In this document: positions 1 through 9,396 of the stretch, piece by piece
Layout of the letters: the number at the start of each line of letters is the position of its first letter
How positions within the stretch are numbered: the stretch's first letter is position 1
Source: an uncultured Gemmatimonadales bacterium
Lineage (GTDB): Bacteria; Gemmatimonadota; Gemmatimonadetes; Longimicrobiales; RSA9
NCBI GenBank assembly: GCA_963708135.1
Contig: OY970192.1
Location: 1,056,001-1,120,000 of the forward strand
Length of the DNA: 64,000 bases
Direction of reading: 5' to 3'
Made by a program: the position numbers and the translations under genes
The notes under the pieces: model-generated
Databases searched by the model: none
The model's input: only the letters and a program-made list of their open reading frames with translations
Told to the model about the DNA's origin: nothing

Positions 1-2
1 AG

Positions 3-686
3 GCGGCGAGCTCGCTCGCCACGTTCCGGACCGAGTACCCGGACGCACCGGAGACGGACGAGCTGTGCGGGAGCGTGGCGGAGGCGTTTCTCGCGAAGGC
101 CGACCTGACGCGCGCGGAGCAGTCGATCTCCGGGGTGAACGGGCCGCGGAGCAGCCTGGTCGCGGGGCGCGTCGCGCTGCGCCGAGGGGACCTGGCCAAG
201 GCGCGCAAGGCGCTCACGGCGGCGGCGGCGGGGATCAGCGGGACGGAGGGGACGGAGACCGTCGCCCTGTTGAACGTCGTGAGCCAGCTCTCCCCGGCGG
301 GCGGAGATCTCCTCGGCCGGGCGCTGGGCGAGGCGGCCGCCGGGCAGAAGGTCGATGCGGTGGCCCTGCTCGTGGACGGCTCGGCGAAGCTGGACGACGC
401 CGAGCGGGCGGCCGTGCTCGACTACGCCGCGGGGCTCGCGGACCGCGCCGAGCTGCCCGAGCTGGCGGAGCGGGCGCGGCGGCTGATCATCACCAGCTAT
501 CCGAAGGCGCTGGAGGCGCCCGCCGCGCTGCTCGCGCTCGGCCGCGCGCTGGCGGAGCGGCCGACGACCGTCGCGGAGGCGCGGCAGCTGCTCGAGCGCC
601 TGATCGTCGATTATCCCCGGAGCGCGCTGGCCCCGGAGGCCAGGCATGAGCTGGACCTCGTGCAGGGCCGGATCCCGCGCTCGTGA
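3..686 (+). CDS. TPR-like helical repeat protein, 5' partial
   Basis: Frame is open from the window start. Ala/Leu helical repeats with YP motifs (LIITSYPKALEAPAALL, LIVDYPRSALA) resemble BamD/CpoB-like TPRs. Confidence 0.6.
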   Translation, partial: AASSLATFRTEYPDAPETDELCGSVAEAFLAKADLTRAEQSISGVNGPRSSLVAGRVALRRGDLAKARKALTAAAAGISGTEGTETVALLNVVSQLSPAGGDLLGRALGEAAAGQKVDAVALLVDGSAKLDDAERAAVLDYAAGLADRAELPELAERARRLIITSYPKALEAPAALLALGRALAERPTTVAEARQLLERLIVDYPRSALAPEARHELDLVQGRIPRS

Positions 687-717
687 ACCCCCGCCGCAGC
701 AGAGAAGGAAGCCGACC

Positions 718-1974
718 GTGAAACGAATCGCCCTTGCCCTCCTGGCCCTCCTCATCCTTGCCGTGCCGGCACGCGCGCAGTACCTGCTCGTACCGATGGA
801 CGGATCGCAGACCAACCACCTCAAGGCGTACGGGCTCACGTACTGGGTGCTGGAGCAGGGCGTCAGCGCCGAGTGGCTGCTGAACTACCACGACGGCTCG
901 TTCCTGCTGCCGGACCGCTCGGACGTGCGCCGGGAGGCGGCGCTCCGGGGCGTTTCCTTCGAGGCCAAGACCGTGGCGCAGGTGGCGGAGATCCGGGGCG
1001 AAATCCAGCGCAACAACATGGACATCGTGATCCTCGAGAAGGCGCCCAAGATCGCCGTCTACACGCCGGACGACGCGCGGCCCTGGGACGACGCCGTGAC
1101 GCTCGCCCTGACGTACGCGGACATCCCCTACGACAAGGTATGGGATCCCGACGTGCTGGAGGGGCGGCTCAAGGACTACGACTGGCTGCACCTGCACCAC
1201 GAGGATTTCACCGGGCAGTACTCGAAGTTCTTCATCAACTATGCCGGCGCGCCCTGGCTGCAGGAGGACGTGCAGAAGAACGAGGGCGTGGCCAAGCGCT
1301 TCGGGTTCGCCAACGTGCCGGCGGAGAAGAAGGCGGTGGCGGAGGCGATCCGGCAGTACGTTGCCGACGGCGGGTTCCTGTTCGCGATGTGCAGCGCGAC
1401 GGAGACGCTGGACCTGGCGCTGGCGGCGAAGAACGTGGACATCGCGCAGCCGTTCGCCGACGGGACGCCAATGGATCCGGACGCCACGGCCAAGATGGAC
1501 TGGAGCCGTACGCTGGCCTTCGAGAACGCGAAAATGGTGACGAACCCCGCGGTGGACTCCTACAGCGACATCGACGGCCACCAGGTGAACACGCCCTGGC
1601 GGCAGCCACTCGGCACCTACACGCTCTTCGACTTCAGCGCCAAGTTCGATCCCGTACCGGCCATGCTCACGCAGGACCACGAGAAGGTGCTTCCTGACTT
1701 CTACGGCGTCACGACCTCGTTCCGGCGCGACCGGCTGAAGCCCGGCATCGTGGTGCTGGCGGAGGAGGAGGGCGCCCCGTGGGTCAAGTACATCCATGGC
1801 GACTACGGCAAGGGCACCTGGACCTTCTTCGGCGGCCACGACCCGGAGGACCCGCAGCACCAGATCGGCGATCCGACGACCGACCTCAGCCTGCACCCGC
1901 ATTCACCCGGGTACCGGCTGATCCTGAACAACGTGCTGTTCCCGGCAGCGAAGAAGAAGACGCTGAAGACGTAG
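718..1974 (+). CDS. Secreted conserved protein with a glutamine-amidotransferase-like fold (often mislabelled asparagine synthetase B)
   Basis: GTG start, signal peptide ending ARA-Q, motifs HLKAYG, WLHLHHEDFTGQ, FAMCSATET, GGHDPED. Confidence 0.7.
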   Translation: MKRIALALLALLILAVPARAQYLLVPMDGSQTNHLKAYGLTYWVLEQGVSAEWLLNYHDGSFLLPDRSDVRREAALRGVSFEAKTVAQVAEIRGEIQRNNMDIVILEKAPKIAVYTPDDARPWDDAVTLALTYADIPYDKVWDPDVLEGRLKDYDWLHLHHEDFTGQYSKFFINYAGAPWLQEDVQKNEGVAKRFGFANVPAEKKAVAEAIRQYVADGGFLFAMCSATETLDLALAAKNVDIAQPFADGTPMDPDATAKMDWSRTLAFENAKMVTNPAVDSYSDIDGHQVNTPWRQPLGTYTLFDFSAKFDPVPAMLTQDHEKVLPDFYGVTTSFRRDRLKPGIVVLAEEEGAPWVKYIHGDYGKGTWTFFGGHDPEDPQHQIGDPTTDLSLHPHSPGYRLILNNVLFPAAKKKTLKT

Positions 1975-2022
1975 GCTCGGGGTAAGAGACTCGGGGCTGG
2001 CGAGTCGAGGTTCGGGTCTTGG

Positions 2023-2055
2023 GGGCGGGCGCGCGAGGCGCGCCCGCCCTTTTTT
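2023..2055 (+). terminator. Rho-independent terminator
   Basis: 12-bp stem GGGCGGGCGCGC/GCGCGCCCGCCC, loop GAG, followed by T6. Confidence 0.9.
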
Positions 2056-2204
2056 GGCGCCCTCGCGGCGGGCGGCGGGAGCGCTTAGGTTTCGGGATCT
2101 GTTCGCCCACGACGAGCGGAAGCGTCCCGACCAGCCGCGGCGGCCACGATCGGCAGCGCAAGTCCGCACGTTCGTATTCGTTCTCACCCTCACCCCTGGT
2201 CGTG

Positions 2205-4718
2205 ATGCGGGAACGGGACCTCACACTCACGGAGCGCGCGGCGGCGCGGATCCGGGCGGCGATTGCGCGGGCGCGAGGCAACGAGGTCTGCTTCCTGGCG
2301 CAAGTGGGGGTCGGGGGCGAGGTCGAGGAGCCGCGGGTCGTCGCGCGGGGGCACGGGACGGCGGTGCTCGCGGCGGTGGGCGAGGCGGAGCCGGGGATGC
2401 TGGTGATCCACAACCACCCCTCGGGCGAGCTGGCGCCGTCGGACGCGGACATTGAGGTCGCGGCGCGGCTGCACGAGGAGGGCGTGGGGCTGGCCATCAC
2501 GGACAACGGCGCGCAGGAGCTGTATGTGGTGGTGGAGCCGGTCTCGAAGCGGGAGCACAAGCGGCTGGACGAGGCGGTGCTGGACGCGGTGCTGGCGCCG
2601 GGAGGGCCGGTGGCGGCGCTGCATCCGGGGTACGAGGATCGGCCGGCGCAGCGGGAGATGACGCAGGCGGTAGCGCGGGCGTACAACGAGGGCGGCGTCG
2701 CCCTCGTCGAGGCGGGGACCGGGACCGGCAAGTCGATAGCCTACCTGCTGCCGGCGCTGCGGTGGGCGCTCGCGAACCGGGAGCGGACGCTCGTCTCGAC
2801 GAACACGATCAACCTCCAGGAGCAGCTGGTCGGGAAGGACCTGCCGTTCCTGCGGCGGGCGCTCGCGGAGCCGTTCCGCTACGCGCTGGTGAAGGGGCGC
2901 CAGAACTACGTTTCGATTCGGCGGGCGCGGCTCGCGGCGGAGGCGGCGCCGGTGCTGCTGGACGGCGGCCAGCGTGCGGAGCTGGAGGCGATCGTGGAAT
3001 GGCTCCAGCACACGCGGGAGGGCTCGCTGCAGGATCTGCCGTTCGCGCCGACGCCGGAGGTGTGGGAGGAGGTGGCGAGCGAGTCGGACGTATGCCTGCG
3101 GGCGAAGTGCCCGACCTTCGAGGCGTGCTTCTACCAGAGGGCGCGACGGGCGGCGGCATCCGCGGACGTGCTGGTGGTGAACCACCATCTCCTCTTCAGC
3201 GACCTGGCGGTGCGGCGGGCGCAGGGCAACTACACGGCTCCGGCGGTGCTGCCACCGTACCGGCGGGTGGTGCTGGACGAGGCTCACAACATCGAGGATG
3301 CGGCCACCTCGCACCTGGGCGCCAACGTCTCGCGGCGGGGGCTGCTGCGGCTGCTCGGGCGGCTGGAGCGCCGAGGGCGCGGGCTGCTGCCGGCATTCGA
3401 GGAGCGGCTGAAGCGGGGCGAGGACGACCTGCTCCAGCAGGACGCGCTGCGCATGATCACGCGCACGCTGAGGCCGGCGCTGGAGCGGGCGCGGGAGGCG
3501 ACGAGCGCCCTCTTCGACCGGCTGGAGACGGTGATCGAGCGCGCGCCGGAGAGCGTGCTGCGGCTGGCGGACTCGGAGGGCGTGCGGCCGGACTGGGCGG
3601 CGTCGCTCGACGTGGCGGTGGAGAACCTGCTGGGGCTGCTCGGCGACGTGGCGCGGGGGCTCGCGCACCTGCGGGAGCGGATCCAGCTGGACCGGGACTG
3701 GGCGGAGAGCCTGGAAGAGCGGCTGCTCGAGTTGCGCGGCGCGGCGGGCCGGCTGGAGGCGGCGCTGCAGGGGCTAAGGCTCGCCCTGGTGCCGGGCGAG
3801 GACCCGTTCCCGACGGTCCGGTGGCTGGAGCGGCGGGGCGGCCCCGGGCGCGCCAACGTGGCCGTGCGGGCGGCGCCGGTGGATCTCTCGGAGGCGCTCC
3901 GGGAGGCGCTCTTCGACCAGGTGGATACGGCCGTGCTGACCTCCGCCACGCTGGCCACGCGGAGCGGCTTCGATTTCCTGCGCTCGCGCATCGGCCTGGC
4001 GCGCGGCGGGCTCCGCCTGAGCGAGGCGGTGCTGCCCTCGCCCTTCGAGTACGAGACGCAGACGGTTCTCGCGATCCCGACAGACCTGCCGGAGCCGCGG
4101 GCCGGCGCGGGAGAGGCGTTCGACCGGGCGACGACGGATGTCGTGGCCGAGCTCGCCGGCCTCAGCGACGGCGGCGTCTTCGCGCTCTTCACCTCGTACC
4201 GCTCGCTGCGCGCCGTGGCCGCCGGCCTGCGCGCGCGCCGCCTGGAGGCGCGCTGGCCGCTGTTCGTGCAGGGCGAGGGCTCGCGTGCGCGGCTGCTCGA
4301 GCGGTTCACGGAGTCGGGGCGGGGAATCCTGCTGGGGGTGGCCTCGTTCTGGGAGGGCGTGGACGTGCCCGGTGATCCGCTGCGGGGGCTCGTGATCGCC
4401 AAGCTGCCGTTCCTCGTGCCGAACGAGCCGCTCACCGCGGCCCGGCTCGAGGCCATCGACCGGGACGGCGGCAACAGCTTCCACGACTACCTGCTGCCGC
4501 ACGCCGCGCTGCGCCTGAAGCAGGGCTTCGGCCGGCTGATCCGGTCGCGCACGGACCGGGGCGCCATCGTGCTGCTCGACCGGCGCGTGGTCGAGCGAAA
4601 CTACGGCCGCTACTTCCTGGAGTCGCTGCCGGCGGCGCCCGTGCGGACGGGGCCGTGGAGCGTGCTGCGGGGAGAGCTGGAGAGGTTTTACGGCGAACGG
4701 CTTCGAAACGGGGGGTGA
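2205..4718 (+). CDS. dinG: DinG/YoaA-family helicase with an N-terminal JAB/MPN domain
   Basis: Walker A EAGTGTGKS, LDEAHN, TSATL, FWEGVDVPG, LKQGFGRLIR. N-terminal NEV...HNHPSGELAPSDAD is a JAMM-type motif. Confidence 0.85.
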   Translation: MRERDLTLTERAAARIRAAIARARGNEVCFLAQVGVGGEVEEPRVVARGHGTAVLAAVGEAEPGMLVIHNHPSGELAPSDADIEVAARLHEEGVGLAITDNGAQELYVVVEPVSKREHKRLDEAVLDAVLAPGGPVAALHPGYEDRPAQREMTQAVARAYNEGGVALVEAGTGTGKSIAYLLPALRWALANRERTLVSTNTINLQEQLVGKDLPFLRRALAEPFRYALVKGRQNYVSIRRARLAAEAAPVLLDGGQRAELEAIVEWLQHTREGSLQDLPFAPTPEVWEEVASESDVCLRAKCPTFEACFYQRARRAAASADVLVVNHHLLFSDLAVRRAQGNYTAPAVLPPYRRVVLDEAHNIEDAATSHLGANVSRRGLLRLLGRLERRGRGLLPAFEERLKRGEDDLLQQDALRMITRTLRPALERAREATSALFDRLETVIERAPESVLRLADSEGVRPDWAASLDVAVENLLGLLGDVARGLAHLRERIQLDRDWAESLEERLLELRGAAGRLEAALQGLRLALVPGEDPFPTVRWLERRGGPGRANVAVRAAPVDLSEALREALFDQVDTAVLTSATLATRSGFDFLRSRIGLARGGLRLSEAVLPSPFEYETQTVLAIPTDLPEPRAGAGEAFDRATTDVVAELAGLSDGGVFALFTSYRSLRAVAAGLRARRLEARWPLFVQGEGSRARLLERFTESGRGILLGVASFWEGVDVPGDPLRGLVIAKLPFLVPNEPLTAARLEAIDRDGGNSFHDYLLPHAALRLKQGFGRLIRSRTDRGAIVLLDRRVVERNYGRYFLESLPAAPVRTGPWSVLRGELERFYGERLRNGG

Positions 4719-4767
4719 GGGTGAGGGTGAGGGTGGGGGTAAGGGTGGGGGTAAGGGTGGGGGTGGG
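4713..4767 (+). repeat. GGGTRR hexamer microsatellite (G4-prone)
   Basis: Tandem GGGTGA/GGGTGG/GGGTAA units that include the dinG stop codon. Confidence 0.8.
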
Positions 4768-4903
4768 AAGCGGGTGGGGGCGGCGGGGGGCGGCGGGTGG
4801 GACATTTTGGCGGCCATGCGGGGGGTTTGGCGGCCGGCGGACGGGGGCGGGCGGTGGCACGCGTTGCGCAGATCGAGGGGGGTGGCCCCTTCCGGAGGCG
4901 ATC

Positions 4904-5374
4904 ATGGCGGAACTTGGTAGACCGACGCTCAGGATGCTGGACCGGGCGGCGATCGAGCGGATCCTCGCGCGCAACACGGTGGGCAGGATCGCGTACGCCT
5001 ACCACGGCCGCGTGGACGTGGAGCCGATTCATTATGTGTACGCGGACGGCTGGATCTACGGCCGCACGTCCACGGGCGCGAAGCTGGGGGCGATCGCGCA
5101 CAACCGCTTCGTGGCGTTCGAGGTGGACGAGACGCGGGACCTGTTCGAGTGGTCGAGCGTGGTGGTGAAGGGCGCGTTCTACGAGCTCTCGGCGGACGCG
5201 TCGGAGCGGGAGCGGGTGGCCTGGGAGCACGGCGTCGCGCTGCTGCGGCAACTGCTGCCGGAGACCTTCACGGCTGAGGACCCGGTCCCGTTCCGGCAGA
5301 CGCTGTTCCGCATCTCGGCGCGCACGGCGACGGGGCGGGAGGCGGTGCCGGCGGAGGTCGGCGCTGCGGGATGA
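4904..5374 (+). CDS. Pyridoxamine 5'-phosphate oxidase-like FMN-binding protein (NimA-like)
   Basis: VGRIA, VEPIHY, GAKL, VAFEVDE, WSSVVVKG; GGAGG SD upstream. Confidence 0.8.
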   Translation: MAELGRPTLRMLDRAAIERILARNTVGRIAYAYHGRVDVEPIHYVYADGWIYGRTSTGAKLGAIAHNRFVAFEVDETRDLFEWSSVVVKGAFYELSADASERERVAWEHGVALLRQLLPETFTAEDPVPFRQTLFRISARTATGREAVPAEVGAAG

Positions 5375-5491
5375 GGGGGACGCCGGATGGGGGTGGCGGT
5401 GAGGGTGCGGGTGGGCAACGGCGGGGGAGCTGCGGGTGGGGATCTGGCCTGGGGATCTGGCCTCGAGGGATGGGCGGCGGTAGTGTAGGGC

Positions 5492-6130
5492 ATCGTCATC
5501 CCTGACCGAGAGGCGCCGATTTCACCGACGAAGATCGTTTGCGTGGGCCGCAACTACCTGGCGCACGCGCGGGAGCTGGGCAACGAGGTGCCGGAGCGGC
5601 CGCTGTTCTTCCTGAAGCCGCCGTCGGCGCTGGTGGGCGACGGGGAGGCGATCGTGCTGCCGCCGGACTCGTCGCGGGTCGAGCACGAGGGCGAGATCGC
5701 GGTGGTGATCGGGCGGCGCTGCCGGCACGTGGCGGAGGTGGAGGCGGGGGCGGTGATCGCGGGCTACGCGCCGCTGAACGACGTGACGGCGCGCGACCTG
5801 CAACGCCTGGACGGGCAGTGGACGCGGGCGAAGGGGTTCGACACCTTCTGTCCGCTGGGCGCCACGGTTGCGGCGGAGGGGCTGGACTGGCGGGCGCTCG
5901 AGGTGGTGTGCCGGGTCAACGGGGAGGAGCGGCAGCGGGGGCGGGGCGAGGAGATGGCGTTCGGGATCCCGCACCTGGTGGCGGCGGCGAGCCGGATCAT
6001 GACGCTCCTGCCGGGGGACGTGATCGCCACCGGCACGCCGGAAGGCGTCGGTCCTCTCGTGGCGGGAGACGTCGTCGAGGTGGAGCTCGTGGGCCTCGGC
6101 ACGATCCGCAACCCCGTGACGTCCGCCTGA
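5492..6130 (+). CDS. Fumarylacetoacetate hydrolase family protein (start uncertain)
   Basis: KIVCVGRNY, FLKP, VEHEGE, NDVTARDLQ, WTRAKGFDTF, GDVIATGTP. The frame is open from 5489 with no ATG. Confidence 0.85.
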   Translation: MVIPDREAPISPTKIVCVGRNYLAHARELGNEVPERPLFFLKPPSALVGDGEAIVLPPDSSRVEHEGEIAVVIGRRCRHVAEVEAGAVIAGYAPLNDVTARDLQRLDGQWTRAKGFDTFCPLGATVAAEGLDWRALEVVCRVNGEERQRGRGEEMAFGIPHLVAAASRIMTLLPGDVIATGTPEGVGPLVAGDVVEVELVGLGTIRNPVTSA

Positions 6131-6167
6131 TTTCCGGCGACCCCCTGGCTGGAGAGTAGCCAACCCG

Positions 6168-7325
6168 ATGCCGAGACTCGCGGCACGCTTCGAGAATTTC
6201 CCCCCGTACCCATTGGCGGACGTACCGGAGCTGAAGCGCCGGCTGCGCGCCGAAGGCGTGGATGTCATCGACCTCGGCGCCGGGGATGCGGACCTGGCAC
6301 CGCCGGCCGCGGCGGTGGCGGCGCTGGCGGAGGCGGCGGCGGTGCCGGAGCTCGGGCGCTATCCGTTCCAGCTGGGGCTGCCGGCGTTTCGCGAGCAGGT
6401 CGCGACCTGGATGGGCGCCCGCTTCGGCGTGGCGCTGGACCCGTACCGCGAGATCCTGCCGCTGATCGGCTCGAAGGAGGGGATCGCGCACCTGGCGTTC
6501 GCCTACGTGGGCGGCGGGGACGCCACGGTGGTGCCGGACCCCGGGTATCAGCCGTACGTGGGCGGGACGCTGCTGGCCGGGGGCGAGGCGCACCTGGTGC
6601 CGCTGCGTCCCGGGAACGAGTTCCTGGTGCCGCTGGAGGAGATCCCGGCGGCGGTCGCGGAGCGGACGCGGATCCTGTACCTGAACTACCCGAACAACCC
6701 GACGGCGGCGATTGCGCCGCGCGACTACCTGGAGGCGGCCATCGACTGGTGCGCGCGGTGGGGCGCGGTCCTCGCCTACGACAACGCGTACAGCGAGCTG
6801 GCGTTCGACGGCTACCGGCCCCCGAGCATTCTGGAGCTCGACGGCGCGCGCGAGGTGGCGGTCGAGTTCCACTCGTTCTCGAAGACGTACAACATGACCG
6901 GGTGGCGGATTGGCTGGGCGGCGGGCGGTGCAGAGGTGATCTCCGCTCTTGCGCGCGTGAAGTCGTTCGTGGACACGGGCGTCTACCTGCCGGTGCAGGC
7001 GGCGGCGCGCGCGGCGCTGCAGTCGTACGAGTCCTGGGTGCCGGGCAACGTCGAGCAGTTCCGGCTGCGGCGTGACGCGCTCACGGCGGCGCTGTGCGCG
7101 GCCGGCTTCCAGGCGAGCGCGCCGCACGCGACCATGTACCTGTGGGTGCCCGTCCCGGGCGGCGACTCGGAGGCGTTCGCGCGGCGCGCGCTCGTGGAGC
7201 AGGGCGTGGTGCTCATGCCGGGCGCAGCGCTCGGCGCGGGCGGCGAGGGCTTCTTCCGGGCCGCGCTGACGCAGTCTCCCGACCGGTTGCGGGAAGCGGC
7301 CGCGCGCCTCGGCCGGCTGCTGTAG
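6168..7325 (+). CDS. PLP-dependent class I/II aminotransferase (LL-DAP aminotransferase-like)
   Basis: GSKEG, PDPGY, NYPNNPT, DNAY, HSFSKTYNMTGWRIG. Confidence 0.85.
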   Translation: MPRLAARFENFPPYPLADVPELKRRLRAEGVDVIDLGAGDADLAPPAAAVAALAEAAAVPELGRYPFQLGLPAFREQVATWMGARFGVALDPYREILPLIGSKEGIAHLAFAYVGGGDATVVPDPGYQPYVGGTLLAGGEAHLVPLRPGNEFLVPLEEIPAAVAERTRILYLNYPNNPTAAIAPRDYLEAAIDWCARWGAVLAYDNAYSELAFDGYRPPSILELDGAREVAVEFHSFSKTYNMTGWRIGWAAGGAEVISALARVKSFVDTGVYLPVQAAARAALQSYESWVPGNVEQFRLRRDALTAALCAAGFQASAPHATMYLWVPVPGGDSEAFARRALVEQGVVLMPGAALGAGGEGFFRAALTQSPDRLREAAARLGRLL

Positions 7326-7364
7326 GGCCGGAACGGTGGGCAGGCAACGGGTTACAAGGGTTCC

Positions 7365-8324
7365 ATGAGTGTCGCCGCCCAGAAGGTCCCGGCCCCTCCG
7401 GCGACCCCGCCGTCCGCGCGCCCGCCTCGCGCCGCGCCGCCGCCGTCTCCCCCGCCGCTCGCGACGCTGCTCGCGACCCGGCCGGAGCGCGAGCGCGTCC
7501 GGCCGTTTCTGCCTCTGGCCGGTGCCCTGCTGCTGCACGTCCTGCTGCTGTTGCTCCTTCTCGTGCTCACCCCGTTGCGCGTGGAACACCCCGCCGCCTT
7601 CGTCTTCCCGCTGCCCACTGCGCCGCGGGAGGCGCCGCTGATCACGCTGCTTTCGCCCGGCGAGACCGTCGGCCCGAAGCCGCCCGCCGGCGCGGCGGCT
7701 CCGCCGGCACCGGCTCCCGCGGCCGGGCCTGCGGCGCCGCTCTCGTTTCCGCGCGCGGTGCCGACGGAGCTGCCGCCGGTCCCGGCCGCCCAGCCGGGCG
7801 AGGCCCGTCCTGGCGCGCCGCGGGAGGGTACGGCGGGGGCGGGCGGCGCGGCGGAGGAGCTGCGGCCGCCGGAGGGAGACGCGAGGTTGTTCGGGGAGCG
7901 GAACCCGGCGGCGGTCGCGCCAATGACGGACCAGCAGCGGCTGGAGGCGCGGGTGCAGGGCCGCATCGATGCGGTGAACGACTCGATCCTGGCGGCACAG
8001 GGGCGGGCGGAGAAAGCCACCGACTGGACGATCAAGGGGAAGGACGGCTCGGAGTGGGGGATCTCCCCGGGCAAGCTGCACCTGGGCAAGCTGACCCTGC
8101 CGCTGCCGATCTACTTCGAGCCGCCGCCGGGGAAGCGGGACGAGGCGGAGAAGCGGCTCTCGGAGTGGACGGAGATCAACCGGGCGGCGGACGCGGCGCA
8201 CAACCGGGCGATCTTCAAGGACCGGGTGAAGGCGATTCGCGAGCGGAAGGAGAAGGAGCACGCGGAGCAGCAGAAGAAGAAGCAGGAGAAGTCGTCGTCT
8301 TCCTCGTCGGAATCGTCCTCGTAG
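7365..8324 (+). CDS. Membrane-anchored Pro/Ala-rich protein (TonB-like architecture)
   Basis: One TM segment (LAGALLLHVLLLLLLLVL), Pro-rich linker, C-terminal domain WGISPGKLHLG. Confidence 0.55.
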   Translation: MSVAAQKVPAPPATPPSARPPRAAPPPSPPPLATLLATRPERERVRPFLPLAGALLLHVLLLLLLLVLTPLRVEHPAAFVFPLPTAPREAPLITLLSPGETVGPKPPAGAAAPPAPAPAAGPAAPLSFPRAVPTELPPVPAAQPGEARPGAPREGTAGAGGAAEELRPPEGDARLFGERNPAAVAPMTDQQRLEARVQGRIDAVNDSILAAQGRAEKATDWTIKGKDGSEWGISPGKLHLGKLTLPLPIYFEPPPGKRDEAEKRLSEWTEINRAADAAHNRAIFKDRVKAIRERKEKEHAEQQKKKQEKSSSSSSESSS

Positions 8325-8460
8325 AGGCGCGGCCGGCCGGCCGCGCCTCACGCACCCCCCGTTCGTCGGCTCGCGCCAGCCCGCTTTGTGGGCTCCTCCA
8401 TGGTCCCGGAATTGCACCGTTCTCGCCGCGACGATCATCCCGGAAATGAAGGAGATCACG

Positions 8461-9249
8461 ATGTTCGGTACCCCGGATCGGAATCGCGAGAAGGGCATAG
8501 TGGCGGTCGCCGTGGGCGCGGGCGTGGGGCTGACGGCCGCGGCGCTCGTGCTCTGGCGCCGGCGGCGGGAGCGGCCGGCCGAGGAGAAGCGGCGGGCGGC
8601 GCGGCTGGCGAAGCTGGAGAAGGAGGCGGTGCTGCTTCTGCGGGAGGACGCACATGTGGCGGGTCAGCCGATCGACGTGGCGGTGGTGACGGAGGGGATC
8701 GTCGAGCTGAGCGGCTCCGTGGAGACGGAAGCGCTCGCGGACCGGGCGGTGGAAGCGGTGCAGCGGGTTCCGGGAGTGCACACGGTGCTGAACCGGCTGG
8801 ACGTGGCGCGGGAGCTGGCGCACCTGGCGGAGAACCAGCGGCGCGGGGTGCGGGGTGCGGGCGAGACACACTGGTACGGTGTCCGGGTCGGGATGGGACG
8901 CCGGCGGCAGTCCCCGGCCACGGATCCGGCGCGGCCCTCGGACCGCGTGCCGATGGTGGAGCGGGCGCTGGGCGCGAACCGGGCGGTGGAGGAGGCGAGC
9001 GAGCCGATGGCCAAGATCCCGACCGGCGTCGAGGGGCACAGCTCGAAGCCGGCGGGGGCCACGGATCGGGGCAGCGTGCAGGAGATGTCGCACCGGCGGA
9101 CGGGGAACGTCGGGGAGCGGTGGCCGGAGGAGGGCGGCGGGGCGGCGGGCGGCGTGCACGAGAACGTGCAGCCGGGGACCGAGCTCTCGCTGGAGGAATC
9201 GGGCCTGGAGCGCGAGCTGGCGGAGCGGCGCGGGGAGGATCGCGGCTGA
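8461..9249 (+). CDS. BON-domain membrane protein
   Basis: AAGGAG SD, N-terminal TM, IDVAVVTEGIVELSGSV...VPGVHTVLNRL. Confidence 0.75.
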   Translation: MFGTPDRNREKGIVAVAVGAGVGLTAAALVLWRRRRERPAEEKRRAARLAKLEKEAVLLLREDAHVAGQPIDVAVVTEGIVELSGSVETEALADRAVEAVQRVPGVHTVLNRLDVARELAHLAENQRRGVRGAGETHWYGVRVGMGRRRQSPATDPARPSDRVPMVERALGANRAVEEASEPMAKIPTGVEGHSSKPAGATDRGSVQEMSHRRTGNVGERWPEEGGGAAGGVHENVQPGTELSLEESGLERELAERRGEDRG

Positions 9250-9336
9250 CCCCACGGGGGTACCGACGGGGAGCCGCCCGGACCGCCTCCGCGCCGCGCG
9301 CGTCGGGGGCGGTGCTGCATCGTAGCGGCAAGGCCG

Positions 9337-9366
9337 TTGACGAAGTTGGCGCGCGCACGCTAAGCT
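9337..9366 (+). promoter_or_regulatory. sigma70-type promoter of valS
   Basis: TTGACG-N18-TAAGCT, 30 nt upstream of the ATG. Confidence 0.6.
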
Positions 9367-9396
9367 TCGCGTTTTTCCACAACTACGCCGGAAACC

